Source: Terriglobales bacterium | Lineage (GTDB): Bacteria > Acidobacteriota > Terriglobia > Terriglobales > SCQP01 | DNA: 64,000 nt | Direction: 5' to 3' | NCBI GenBank assembly: GCA_035531375.1 | Contig: DATKSZ010000017.1 | Span: 2,017-66,016, forward strand | Shown: in pieces, positions 19,095 through 28,315 of the stretch | How positions within the stretch are numbered: position 1 is the stretch's first letter | How the letters are laid out: every line of letters begins with the position of its first letter | Notes under the pieces: generated by a model | Databases searched by the model: none | What the model was told of the DNA's origin: nothing | What the model saw: the letters and a program-made list of their open reading frames with translations, nothing else | Made by a program: the position numbers and the translations under genes

Positions 19095-20420
19095 TCAATG
19101 CGGCCGGGTGGCCAAGACGTCCATGAACGAGCTGACGGAAAACACCGCCCGCCCCAGCCCGGGGTCGCCGTACCCGGGCGGCACCGGCAGCCGGTGCTTG
19201 GCGTGGGTGTCGCGCCAAGTCTCGAGCAGCCGCAGGTGGTACTCCAGCGGCGCGCCCCCGGGGTTGTCCTTGCCCAGCCGCGTCAGCGGCTCGGCGCACC
19301 AGGTGGTGAAGCGCGGGCACACGCCGTGCGACATGAAGAACTCCAGCCCCTCCCCGGTCGAGCGGATGGCGTCTTCCACCTCGGTGAAGCCGTGCGGCTT
19401 CGACATCTCGATCCCCGCCACAAAGTTGGGGATCACGTGCGAGGGACCGAAGATCTCGGCCGCGTCGAGAATGCGCCGGTGCCACTCCGCCCGCCCCACG
19501 TAGCGCTCCTTGCCGGGGCAAAGAATCGAGAACAGCCGCTCGTCCCAGATCTCGTAGTTGGGGTGGTAGATCTGGATGCCGGCGTCCTTGAAGCGTTGCG
19601 CCTCCGCCTTGGGCAGCGCCTGCGCCACCATCTTGCCGATCCAGCGCCCGCCGAAGCGGCTCTCAATGGCGGCGGCATATTGGGCGTAGAACTCGGCCTC
19701 GCCCTGGCCCTTGAGTTGGCTGGTGATGCTCCCGCCGGTGATGGTGTAGGCGCGGCTGGCCGAGTCGGTCGAGGCGATGATCTCCAGCGCCTCCAGGATC
19801 TCCTCCACTGCCTTGACCCCGGTGTAGGGCCGCCCCTCCTGGATCTGCTGCCGGTAGTTGTTGTTGATGTCGCAGAACTGGCACTCTTCCTGGTCGCCGA
19901 AGTACTGGCAGATGCGGAACACGGTCAAGTACACCAGGTAGCCCCACTCGATGGTGGGCGCGATCTCGATCACCCGCTTGCCGTTGGAGAGGGTGCGGGT
20001 GTAGTACTCCGGCACCGGGGGAAAGCGGATGTGGGTGAGCGGCTCGCCGTCCAGGTGCAGCACCGCCTGCGGCTCGCCCTCGGGGCCCTCGACCTCGATG
20101 CGGTAGGGGGAATTGGGGTTGAGCCGCACCGAGATGATGGTCGGCCGAAAGCCCCAGGCGCCGCCCTCCAGCCAAATCTCCTCCGGCGCGCTCCAGTGTT
20201 CCTGGTTTTCCATGTCCTTCAGCGGCACCAGATCGAAGGAAAAGATGAAGTACGCCTTGGCCTTGAATTGCGCCGCCAGGCGCAGCGCGGCGGGCGAGAA
20301 GGCGATGCCGGTGCGCAGCATGTCTTCCTTCACCACCGCCTCGCGCGGCAGCGTCGGGTGGGCGGCGGCGGCGGCCTCGACTTGGCGCAACCGCGTCGGG
20401 TTGGGATCCGGATGGGGCAC
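19095..20420 (-). CDS. Probable Fe-S / radical-SAM-like enzyme with atypical CX8CX2C motif, function unknown
   Basis: 441 aa. The only tight Cys cluster is RICQYFGDQEECQFCDINNNYR (C-x8-C-x2-C), followed by a TIM-barrel-like alternation (YTITGGS..., IQIYHPNYEIW, IPNFVAGIE). I cannot name the family from memory. Confidence 0.5.
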   Translation of the reverse strand: MPHPDPNPTRLRQVEAAAAAHPTLPREAVVKEDMLRTGIAFSPAALRLAAQFKAKAYFIFSFDLVPLKDMENQEHWSAPEEIWLEGGAWGFRPTIISVRLNPNSPYRIEVEGPEGEPQAVLHLDGEPLTHIRFPPVPEYYTRTLSNGKRVIEIAPTIEWGYLVYLTVFRICQYFGDQEECQFCDINNNYRQQIQEGRPYTGVKAVEEILEALEIIASTDSASRAYTITGGSITSQLKGQGEAEFYAQYAAAIESRFGGRWIGKMVAQALPKAEAQRFKDAGIQIYHPNYEIWDERLFSILCPGKERYVGRAEWHRRILDAAEIFGPSHVIPNFVAGIEMSKPHGFTEVEDAIRSTGEGLEFFMSHGVCPRFTTWCAEPLTRLGKDNPGGAPLEYHLRLLETWRDTHAKHRLPVPPGYGDPGLGRAVFSVSSFMDVLATRPH

Positions 20421-20481
20421 GCCCCAGTTTAGCTCACCCCCCGGTGGACCGATCGCCGGGGCGCGCTACAATCAACTCCGC

Positions 20482-21831
20482 ATGCCGCACAGCCTCGAGG
20501 CGCAGTTGCGCGAAGCCGGGATGGGCGCCGACGCCGCCTCCGCCCACGCCGCGATGTTGATGCGGGTGGGGCGGGCTTGGCGGCAGTGGACTGCGAGCGA
20601 GCCGACGGCATGGTTTGTCCCCGGGCGGATCGAGCTGCTGGGCAAGCACACCGACTACGCCGGCGGCCGCAGCCTGCTGTGCGCGCTCGAGCGCGGCTTC
20701 TGCGTGCTGGCCGCGCCCCGCCGCGACGGGCAGGTGCGCCTGCTCGACGTGGACTGGCGCTCCCAGGTCGAGTTTGCCGCCGGCGGCCCGCCGCCGCCCC
20801 ACGCCCCTTGGGCGATCTATCCCGCCGCCGTGGCCCGCCGCCTGGCCCATGATTTTCCCAACTCGACCGTGGCCCAGGGCGCGGACTTGGCCTTTGCCAG
20901 CAGCCTGCCGCGGGCGGCCGGCATGAGCAGTTCCAGCGCCCTGGTCGTGGGCAGCTTCTTGGCGCTGGGGGACGACGCCATCGCTGCGCAACTGGGCGGA
21001 CGCCTGCAGTGGGCCGAGTACCTGGCCGCGGTCGAGGCCGGCCACGACGGGGTCGGCACCCACGGCGGCAGCGAAGACCACACCGCCATCCTCTGCTGCC
21101 AGCCCGGCCAATGGAGCCAGTTCCGCTTCTGCCCCACCCGCCACGAGGCCACCCTGCCCGCGCCCGCCGGCAAAGTGCTGGTCATCGCCGTCAGCGGCGT
21201 GGTGGCGGCCAAGAACGGCCCGGCGCAGGCGGCCTACAACCAAGTCGCCCGCCGCGCCGCCGCCATCCTCGAATGCTGGAACGCCGCCGCCGGCGCCGCC
21301 CATCCCCACTTGGCCGCCGTGCTCGCCCAGCACGCGCCCGAGGAGGTGCGCCACGTCCTCGGCCGTCATCCCCACCCCGAGTTTTCCCCCGCCAGCCTGC
21401 TCGCCCGCTTCGATCAGTTCTGGCGCGAATCCGAAGTGCTGGTGCCCGCCGCCGCCGCCGCCGTCGCCCGCGGCGACGGGCAAGCGCTGGGCGAGTGTGT
21501 GGCTGAGTCGCAAGCGGGTGCGGTGGTCGGCCTCGAGAACCAGACGCCGGAGACCGAAGCCCTGGTCAAGTCGGCGCGCGCCTTGGGCGCGGTCGCCGCC
21601 TCCGCCTTTGGCGCCGGCTTTGGCGGCGCGGTGTGGGCGTTGGTGGCGCGCGGCGAGCATCGCTCCTTTCGCCGCTCCTGGCGCTCCGACTACGCCCGCC
21701 AATTTGCCGATCAGGCCCGCAACAGCCTATTCTTTGTAAGCGCGGCCGGGCCGCCGGCTCTCGAGCTGGCCTGGGACGCGAGCGCGGCGCAGGAGGGCAC
21801 CGATGGCAGGCACCAATTGGAACCGGCGTGA
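20482..21831 (+). CDS. Galactokinase-family GHMP sugar kinase
   Basis: Galactokinase signature FVPGRIELLGKHTDYAGGRSL and GHMP ATP motif LPRAAGMSSSSALVVG. The ATG at 20482 follows a TACAAT-like box. The ORF track start at 20113 overlaps the divergent gene. Confidence 0.75.
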   Translation: MPHSLEAQLREAGMGADAASAHAAMLMRVGRAWRQWTASEPTAWFVPGRIELLGKHTDYAGGRSLLCALERGFCVLAAPRRDGQVRLLDVDWRSQVEFAAGGPPPPHAPWAIYPAAVARRLAHDFPNSTVAQGADLAFASSLPRAAGMSSSSALVVGSFLALGDDAIAAQLGGRLQWAEYLAAVEAGHDGVGTHGGSEDHTAILCCQPGQWSQFRFCPTRHEATLPAPAGKVLVIAVSGVVAAKNGPAQAAYNQVARRAAAILECWNAAAGAAHPHLAAVLAQHAPEEVRHVLGRHPHPEFSPASLLARFDQFWRESEVLVPAAAAAVARGDGQALGECVAESQAGAVVGLENQTPETEALVKSARALGAVAASAFGAGFGGAVWALVARGEHRSFRRSWRSDYARQFADQARNSLFFVSAAGPPALELAWDASAAQEGTDGRHQLEPA

Positions 21832-23854
21832 GTTTGTGCAACACGGCGCGGCGGGTCTAGCCGCCGCTTGGGCGGCGCGCTCCGGCTTGGCTTCCCAAGC
21901 GGCGATGCGCGCAAACGCCGGCCCGGCCAATGCCCACCTCGCCGCCGGGCGCATGAGCCTCGCCAACCGCGCCATCGCCGCCGTGTGGGAGACCTCGGCC
22001 CAAGGCCTGCGCCTGGCCAGCGTGCGCGCCCCCGGCCTGCCCGCCCTGCTCACCCCCGCGCCGGCTTTCACCCTGCGCATCAACGGCGTCGAGGTGGCCT
22101 CCAACGCGCTGCGTCTGGTCGGCGCGCCCCGCCAGAGCGCGCTGCGGCCGAATCCCCGCGCCGCCAACCTCGCCGAACGCCTCCCCGGCCAGCAACTCGA
22201 AGCCACCCTTGCCGATCCCGCCGGCAAGTTCCACCTGGCGTGGCGGGCGCTGTTGCGCGACGGCTCCCATTACATTCGCCAAGAGATCACTCTCACTGCC
22301 GCCAACTCCGCCCTGCCGGTGGCCGAGGTCACGCTGCTCGATTTGGCCAACGGCGGCGCGCAAGTCATGGGCACCGTCGCCGGCTCGCCGGTGGTGATCG
22401 GCCATCAAGGCGGCGGCTGGTTTCTGGGTTTCGAGCATCCGCTCTCGGCCAGCGCCGTGGACAACGGCCGCGCCCGCTGCTTCTTCACCCGCGCCCTGCC
22501 GCTCCCCGCCGGCCAGTCGGCCGCCTACTCCAGCGTCATCGGCGCCGCCGCCCCGGGCCAGTTGCGCCGCGACTTCCTCGCCTACGTCGAGCGCGAGCGC
22601 GCCCACCCCTACCGCCCCTTCCTGCATTACAACTCCTGGTTCGACCTCGGCTACTTCACCCCCTACGACCAGGCCGGCTGCCTCGACGTCATCCACGCCT
22701 TCGGCCAGCAGTTGCACCAGCGCCGCGGCGTAAAACTCGATTCCTTTCTGTTCGACGACGGCTGGGACAACCACCAGAACTGGGGCTTCAACAGCGGCTT
22801 TCCCGATGGCTTCACCCCGCTCCAATCGGCCGCCGCCAAGATCGGCGCCGCCCCCGGCGTCTGGCTCTCGCCCTGGGGCGGCTACGGCAAGCCCCGCCAG
22901 CAGCGCCTCGCCTACGCCCGCGCCCACGGCTTCGAAACCAACCGCGAGGGCCTGGCCCTCTCCGGCCCGGTCTACTACAAGCTCTTCCACCAGGTCTGCC
23001 TGGAGATGATCACCAAGTACGGCGTCAACCAGTTCAAGCTGGATGGCACCGGCAGCACCGCCCAGGTGGTTCCCGGCAGCGCCTTCGGCAGCGATTTCGA
23101 GGCCGCCATCAGCCTCATCGGCGACATGCGCGCCGCCCGGCCCGACCTCTACGTCAATCTCACCACCGGCACCTACCCCTCGCCCTTCTGGCTGCGCTAC
23201 GCCGACTCCACCTGGCGCGGCGGCAGCGACACCAGCTTTGCCGGCGTGGGCAGCGACCGCCAGCAGTGGATCACCTACCGCGACGCCGACACCTTCCGCC
23301 ACGTGGTCGGGCGCGGCCCCCTTTACCCGCTCAACGCCCTCATGCTGCACGGCATTGTTTTCGCCAAGCACGCCCGCCGCCTCTCCACCGATCCCAACCA
23401 CGACTTCGACGCCGAGGTCCGCTCCTACTTCGGCACCGGCACCCAATTGCAAGAGATGTACATCTCCCACGACCTGCTCGGCCCGGCCGAATGGGACGTG
23501 CTCGCCGAGGCGGCGCAGTGGGCCCGCCGCAACGCCGCCATCCTGGTGGACACCCACTGGATCGGCGGCGACCCCGGCCAGCTCCAGCCCTACGGCCACG
23601 CCGCCTGGTCGCCGGCGGGCGCCATCCTCACCCTGCGCAACCCCAGCGACCAGCCCCAGGCGCTGGAGTTGGACCTCGCCGCCGCGCTGGAGCTGCCCCC
23701 GGGCGCGCCCGCGCGCTTCCGCTTCGCCTCGCCCTGGCAGCGGGACCAGTGGCGCCAGCCCCAAGCCTCCGCCCCACTCGAGCTCGCCGCCGGCGACAAG
23801 CACCGCTTCGCCCTGCGGCCCTTCGAAGTGCTGACCCTGGAAGCGCGTGCCTGA
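21803..23854 (+). CDS. Tat-secreted glycoside hydrolase, alpha-galactosidase-like (clan GH-D-like TIM barrel)
   Basis: Twin-arginine leader NRREFVQHGAAGLAAAWAA. Motifs HYNSWFDLGYF, FLFDDGWDN, GVWLSPWGGYG and QFKLDGTG resemble melibiase-type hydrolases. Overlaps the kinase stop by 29 nt, suggesting an operon. Confidence 0.5.
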   Translation: MAGTNWNRREFVQHGAAGLAAAWAARSGLASQAAMRANAGPANAHLAAGRMSLANRAIAAVWETSAQGLRLASVRAPGLPALLTPAPAFTLRINGVEVASNALRLVGAPRQSALRPNPRAANLAERLPGQQLEATLADPAGKFHLAWRALLRDGSHYIRQEITLTAANSALPVAEVTLLDLANGGAQVMGTVAGSPVVIGHQGGGWFLGFEHPLSASAVDNGRARCFFTRALPLPAGQSAAYSSVIGAAAPGQLRRDFLAYVERERAHPYRPFLHYNSWFDLGYFTPYDQAGCLDVIHAFGQQLHQRRGVKLDSFLFDDGWDNHQNWGFNSGFPDGFTPLQSAAAKIGAAPGVWLSPWGGYGKPRQQRLAYARAHGFETNREGLALSGPVYYKLFHQVCLEMITKYGVNQFKLDGTGSTAQVVPGSAFGSDFEAAISLIGDMRAARPDLYVNLTTGTYPSPFWLRYADSTWRGGSDTSFAGVGSDRQQWITYRDADTFRHVVGRGPLYPLNALMLHGIVFAKHARRLSTDPNHDFDAEVRSYFGTGTQLQEMYISHDLLGPAEWDVLAEAAQWARRNAAILVDTHWIGGDPGQLQPYGHAAWSPAGAILTLRNPSDQPQALELDLAAALELPPGAPARFRFASPWQRDQWRQPQASAPLELAAGDKHRFALRPFEVLTLEARA

Positions 23855-25031
23855 GGCCCTGCCAGCGCAGAACTCTCCCCGCTCGCGGGGGTCGCGCCGC
23901 TTTGCCTGCCGGCAAAATCGGCGCGAAAGGCTGCAAAATTCCGCAGGGCGGCCCGCCCCCGGGAAGCGAATTCGGCGCGGCTCCAACCGGGCGCCGCGCG
24001 GATTTGGGGCCACCGGGCCCCCAAATCGGCGCGAGCACAAGCGGGACGCGCGCCGCAGGCGCGTTGGGGCCCGCGCCCACCATGGCTACCTGCTCATCGC
24101 CGCCGCCGCCTTCTGCTGGGGCTCGTCGGCGGTGCTGGCCCGCGCCGTCTTCACCGGCCACTGGTTCGCCGGCGCCCGCCTGGTGCCGGTGGGCCCGCTG
24201 GTGCTCACCCAGACCCGCATCGTGCTGGCGGCGCTGCTGCTGCTGCCGGTGCTGGCCGTCGTCCGCCGCGGCCGTTTGGCACTGCTCTCCGCCGACGCCC
24301 TGCGCGGCGCTGCCCTGGGCATCGCCGGCATGTCCGTCTCCAACTACTTTTACTACGTCGCCATTGCCCGCACCACCGTCGCCATCGCCATCATCCTGCA
24401 ATACACCACGCCCATCTGGGTCTTGCTCTATCTGGTGGCGCGCGGCCGCCAGCGCGCCACCCCGGCGCGCCTCGCCGCCGTGGGCTTGGCCCTGCTGGGC
24501 ATTGCCTTGGTCCTCGGCCTCGCCCACCCCGGCGCCGCCCTCCGCCTCGACCCGCTCGGCGTGGCCGCCGCCCTCGCCGCCGCGCTGGGCTTCACCTACT
24601 ACAACATCGCTGGCCAAACCCTGGCGACCCGCGTGGACCCGTTCCTCATCTCGCTCCACATGCTGCTCGGCGCCGCCCTGGTCTGGCTTTTCATCTCCCC
24701 GCCCTGGCGCCTCTGGACCGCCCATTACCCGTCCCGTGAATGGGGCTTCCTTCTGGGCTTCAGCCTGCTGGCCACGCTCCTGCCCACCCTGCTCTACATC
24801 TCCGGCCTCCGCCACCTCGATCCCACCCGCGCCGTGGTCACCAGTTGCCTGGAGCCGGTCACCGGCATTCTGCTGGCCGCGCTGTTCCTCGGCGAAGTCC
24901 TGGACTGGTCGCGTGCCTTGGGCGTGGCCTGCGTGCTCGGCGCCGTGGTGCTGGTGCAGCTCCGCCGCCGTGCGTCCCCGCCCGCAACGCCCCCGCTGAT
25001 GCTAGAAACCCTGCCGCCGCAGCTCCCCTAG
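23847..25031 (+). CDS. EamA/DMT-family transporter; 5' end uncertain (first ~79 codons of the ORF are read through R1 copy B)
   Basis: From GYLLIAAAAFCWGSSAVLARAV (about 24085) onward there are 10 TM helices in two EamA halves. There is no in-frame ATG/GTG/TTG between the repeat and codon ~145. The only upstream start is GTG 23847, which overlaps the stop of the preceding gene. Confidence 0.6.
   Translation: MPEALPAQNSPRSRGSRRFACRQNRRERLQNSAGRPAPGKRIRRGSNRAPRGFGATGPPNRREHKRDARRRRVGARAHHGYLLIAAAAFCWGSSAVLARAVFTGHWFAGARLVPVGPLVLTQTRIVLAALLLLPVLAVVRRGRLALLSADALRGAALGIAGMSVSNYFYYVAIARTTVAIAIILQYTTPIWVLLYLVARGRQRATPARLAAVGLALLGIALVLGLAHPGAALRLDPLGVAAALAAALGFTYYNIAGQTLATRVDPFLISLHMLLGAALVWLFISPPWRLWTAHYPSREWGFLLGFSLLATLLPTLLYISGLRHLDPTRAVVTSCLEPVTGILLAALFLGEVLDWSRALGVACVLGAVVLVQLRRRASPPATPPLMLETLPPQLP
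23884..24082 (+). repeat. R1 element, copy B (short variant)
   Basis: A 199-bp copy. Its 3' end ...GCGCCCACCA abuts the first conserved codons of the EamA gene. Confidence 0.9.
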
Positions 25032-25658
25032 CGTGACCCCGCGGGGGCGCTGCGCCTGCGCCCGCGCCGCCAGCAGCCGCTCCAGGTGCCGCGCCATCGG
25101 GTCGGTCTCCAGGTTGAGCGCCGCCCCGGGGCGCAGGAAGCGCAGGTGGGTGTGGCGATAGGTGTGGGGAATGATGGCGATCTCCACCCGCGCTCCCGCC
25201 AGCGCGGCAATGGTCAGGCTGATGCCGTCCACCGTCAGCGAGCCCTGGGGCACGAGATAGGCCTCCAGCGCCGCCGGTGCCTCCAGCCCCAGCCGCCAGC
25301 CGGCGTCCTTGCCCGCGGAGCGCAGCTCCAGCAGCCGCCCGGTGGCCTCCACATGGCCCTGCACCAAGTGGCCGCTGAGCGCATCCCCCACCCGCAGCGG
25401 GGGCTCGAGATTGACCCGGTCGCCGCGCCGCAGCCCGCCCAGGTTGGTCCGCGCCAGCGTCTCCGGGCTGAGGTCGGCGCTGAAGCTGCCCGCCCGCTGC
25501 TGCACCAGGGTCAGGCAGCAGCCATTGACGGCGATGCTCGCGCCCCGCTTCAGCCCGCGCAGCGCCCCCCCGGCGCCGCCGATCCGCAGCCGCGCCCCCT
25601 CCCCGCGCTGCCTCAGCTCCTCCACCTTGCCCACGGTCTGGATGATGCCGGTAAACAT
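25002..25658 (-). CDS. ribE: Riboflavin synthase (alpha chain)
   Basis: MFTGIIQTVGKV..., NGCCLTL and SLTVDGISLTI duplicated lumazine-binding repeats. 218 aa, directly downstream of ribD. Confidence 0.9.
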   Translation of the reverse strand: MFTGIIQTVGKVEELRQRGEGARLRIGGAGGALRGLKRGASIAVNGCCLTLVQQRAGSFSADLSPETLARTNLGGLRRGDRVNLEPPLRVGDALSGHLVQGHVEATGRLLELRSAGKDAGWRLGLEAPAALEAYLVPQGSLTVDGISLTIAALAGARVEIAIIPHTYRHTHLRFLRPGAALNLETDPMARHLERLLAARAQAQRPRGVTLGELRRQGF

Positions 25659-25661
25659 GGT

Positions 25662-26786
25662 TCACTCCGCCAAATAGCTGGTGATCATCACATCCGGCCC
25701 CACGCTCTCGCAGGCCAGCGCGCCCTCGGGCAGCCGCGGCAGCGCCCCCTCGCCGGCGGTCAGCGCCACGCCTCCCGCCCCCAGCAGCCGCGGCGCCTGG
25801 AACAGCACCAGCTTGTCCACCCAGCCCCCCGCCAGCATGGCGCCGTTGAGCTGCGCCCCCGCCTCCAGCAGCACCGAGGTGATCTGCTCGCCGCCCAGCC
25901 GCCGCAGCGCCCCTTCCAGATCCACCCGCCCCGCCGCGTCCGCCGCCACCCGCTCCACCCGCGCCCCGGCCTTCTCCAGCGCCGCCTGGGCCTCGAGCCC
26001 GCCCCCGGTGTGGAACACCAGCACGTCATGGCGCCGCCGGGCCGACTGCAGCAGTTGCGCCCCCGCCGGCAGGCGCAGCCGGCTGTCGAGCACCACCCGC
26101 AGCAGCGGCCGCCGCCGCGCCCGCTTGGTGCGGTCGGTCAGCAGCGGGTCGTCGGCCAGCACCGTGCCGATTCCGGTCAGCACCGCATCGCTATGGTGCC
26201 GCATCTGCTGCACCCGCTCGCGCGAGGGGGTGGAGCTGATCCAGCGCCGCGCGCCGGGCCCCACCTCGGGCGGCGCCGCATCCGCCGGCGCGGCGATGCG
26301 CCCGTCCAGGCTGACCGCCGCTTTCAGCGTCACAAACGGCCGGCCGCGCCGGATCCAGGTGGAGAAATCCTCGTTGAGCTGGCGCGCCTCCCGCCCCAGG
26401 CAATCGCTCTCCACCGCGATCCCGGCCGCCTGGAGCTGGCGAAACCCCTCCCCCGCCACCTGCGGGTTGGGATCGCGCATCCCCGCCACCACCCGCGCCA
26501 CCCCGGCCGCCTTGATCGCCTCCACGCACGGCGGCGTGCGCCCGCTGTGGCAGCAGGGCTCCAGGTTGAGGTAGAGCGTTCCCCCGCGCGCCCGTTCGCC
26601 CGCCTCCGCCAGCGCCAGCGCCTCGGCGTGCTCCACCCGCTCGTACAGGTGCGTGCCCCGGCCCACGATCTGCCCGTCCTTCGCCACCACCGCCCCCACC
26701 CGCGGGTTGGGCGAGGCCAGCCCCGTGCCTTCTCCCGCCAGGCGCAGCGCCTCCCGCATGAAATCGAGGTCGTTCAGCCGGTACAT
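25662..26786 (-). CDS. ribD: Bifunctional diaminohydroxyphosphoribosylaminopyrimidine deaminase / 5-amino-6-(5-phosphoribosylamino)uracil reductase
   Basis: Deaminase zinc motif HAEALALAEAG...LEPCCHSGRTPPC, then a RibD C-terminal reductase domain. Confidence 0.9.
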   Translation of the reverse strand: MYRLNDLDFMREALRLAGEGTGLASPNPRVGAVVAKDGQIVGRGTHLYERVEHAEALALAEAGERARGGTLYLNLEPCCHSGRTPPCVEAIKAAGVARVVAGMRDPNPQVAGEGFRQLQAAGIAVESDCLGREARQLNEDFSTWIRRGRPFVTLKAAVSLDGRIAAPADAAPPEVGPGARRWISSTPSRERVQQMRHHSDAVLTGIGTVLADDPLLTDRTKRARRRPLLRVVLDSRLRLPAGAQLLQSARRRHDVLVFHTGGGLEAQAALEKAGARVERVAADAAGRVDLEGALRRLGGEQITSVLLEAGAQLNGAMLAGGWVDKLVLFQAPRLLGAGGVALTAGEGALPRLPEGALACESVGPDVMITSYLAE

Positions 26787-26820
26787 GCTCTTGAAATTGT
26801 AATGCTATGATCGGTGCCGG

Positions 26821-27603
26821 ATGGTCGAACTCCCGCCCAACGAATACCGCGCCCTCATCCAGGCGATCGAACAGGCCATCGGGCAGGCGGCCGCTGCCCC
26901 CGCCGCCGCGACCGCCGCTCCGCTCCCGCTCCCGACCGCGGCCCGCGGCTTGGCCGCCGCCATCGAGCACACCCTGTTGGCTCCCGATGCCACCGCCGCC
27001 CAGATCGCCCAGCTCTGCGCCGAGGCCGAGGCCTGGGGCTGCGCCGCCGTCTGCGTCAATCCCGCCTGGGTGGCCGCCGCCGCCGCCCGCCTGCGCCCCA
27101 CCCCGGTGCGCGTGGTGGCGACGGTGGCCTTCCCCCTGGGCGCCGCCCCGACCGCGGTCAAGCGGGCCGAGGCCGCCGAGTGCCTCAAGCTCGGCGCCGA
27201 CGAGCTCGACATGGTGATCAACCTGGGCGCCCTGCTCGGTGGCGCCGATTCCCAGGTGCGCGCCGACATCCGCGGCGTGGTCGAGCTCGCCCACGCCGCC
27301 GGCGCTCCGGTCAAGGCCATCCTGGAAACCGGCTTGTTGAGCCAGGCGCACAAGGTCCGCGCCTGTGAGCTGGCGCTCGAGGCCGGCGTGGATTTCGTGA
27401 AGACCTCCACCGGCTTCGGCCCCGGCGGCGCCACCGTGGCCGACGTCGCCCTCCTGCGCGCCACCGTCGGCGACCGCGCCGGCGTCAAGGCCTCCGGCGG
27501 CATCCGCACCCTGGCCCAGGCCCAGGCCCTGCTCGCCGCCGGCGCCTCCCGCCTCGGCACCAGCCACACCGCCGCTATCCTGGCCGAACTGCCCCGGCCC
27601 TAA
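26821..27603 (+). CDS. deoC: Deoxyribose-phosphate aldolase
   Basis: IEHTLLAPDAT, VCVNPAWV, VATVAFPLGA, ELDMVINLG, FVKTSTGF (Schiff-base Lys), VKASGGIRT. Confidence 0.9.
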   Translation: MVELPPNEYRALIQAIEQAIGQAAAAPAAATAAPLPLPTAARGLAAAIEHTLLAPDATAAQIAQLCAEAEAWGCAAVCVNPAWVAAAAARLRPTPVRVVATVAFPLGAAPTAVKRAEAAECLKLGADELDMVINLGALLGGADSQVRADIRGVVELAHAAGAPVKAILETGLLSQAHKVRACELALEAGVDFVKTSTGFGPGGATVADVALLRATVGDRAGVKASGGIRTLAQAQALLAAGASRLGTSHTAAILAELPRP

Positions 27604-27607
27604 CCGC

Positions 27608-28315
27608 CTATCGGGCGGTCACCCCTCGGCGCCGCTGCCATCCCAGCCCCAGCAACCCCAGCAGTCCGGTCGCCAGCAGCGCCCCCGTCGCCGGTTCCGG
27701 CACCGCCGCCTGCTGGGTCACGTCGCTGATGTCCAGCACCGCTTTGTTGTTGCTGAACGAATTGCCGGTGAGGCCTTGAAAGTTGAGCGCCTCCAGCGGC
27801 ACCGCATTCGGCGGGTAGCTGACATCGTTGGCCAGGGTGAAGCCGTCGGTGGTGGCGGCGTTGACGTCGGCGAAGGTGACCAGCAGCGGCTGCGCCGTGG
27901 CGGTGGCGGCGGTGACGTACAACCCAACGAAGCCACCGGAGGAGATGTTGCTCAGCCCGCCGCTCGCGGTCTCGATGGAAAACACAATCGTGAACTGCGA
28001 CAGCGTGTTGGTGTTGTTGATGAAGTTGGTGAACGAGCCGACCACCGTTTGGCTGAAGTTGTCGGGCGCGAGGTTCGAGGAATTGAACGTGAACCCGGCC
28101 GTCCCGATCGGCGCTGTGAACGTGTCCAGCGCCACCACCAGCGGCGAGGTCGCCGTGGCGCCGCTGCAGGCGGCGTTGTTGTAGCAGGCCAAGCTGACCG
28201 TGAGCGAGTCGCCCGCCAGCGTATTCGCCCGCGCCGCGGCCGCCACCGCCAGCACCAACCCGCCGATCGCCAGCGCCGACCGCCGCCTTGCCCTGAGCCA
28301 GTTCCGTTTCCGCAT
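27608..28315 (-). CDS. PEP-CTERM sorting-domain secreted protein
   Basis: C-terminus AAVPEPATGALLATGLLGLLGLGWQRRRG is the PEP-CTERM motif plus TM plus basic tail. Signal peptide from ATG 28315 (MRKRNWLRARRRSALAIGGLVLAVAAAARA). Confidence 0.85.
   Translation of the reverse strand: MRKRNWLRARRRSALAIGGLVLAVAAAARANTLAGDSLTVSLACYNNAACSGATATSPLVVALDTFTAPIGTAGFTFNSSNLAPDNFSQTVVGSFTNFINNTNTLSQFTIVFSIETASGGLSNISSGGFVGLYVTAATATAQPLLVTFADVNAATTDGFTLANDVSYPPNAVPLEALNFQGLTGNSFSNNKAVLDISDVTQQAAVPEPATGALLATGLLGLLGLGWQRRRGVTAR

Noticed and set aside
18770-19126. ORFs translated through R1 copies (for example 18770..19126, 58890..59549, 62445..62669, and the N-terminal extensions of 55104..57974 and 31390..32241).
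   Set aside because: The frames are not conserved between copies because of non-3n indels. The products are Arg-rich nonsense, and they merely extend or overlap real genes.
26787-26820. FMN (RFN) riboswitch upstream of ribD-ribE.
   Set aside because: Only 34 bp separate the ribD start from the divergent deoC start. That is far too short for an RFN element, and no conserved RFN motifs are seen.
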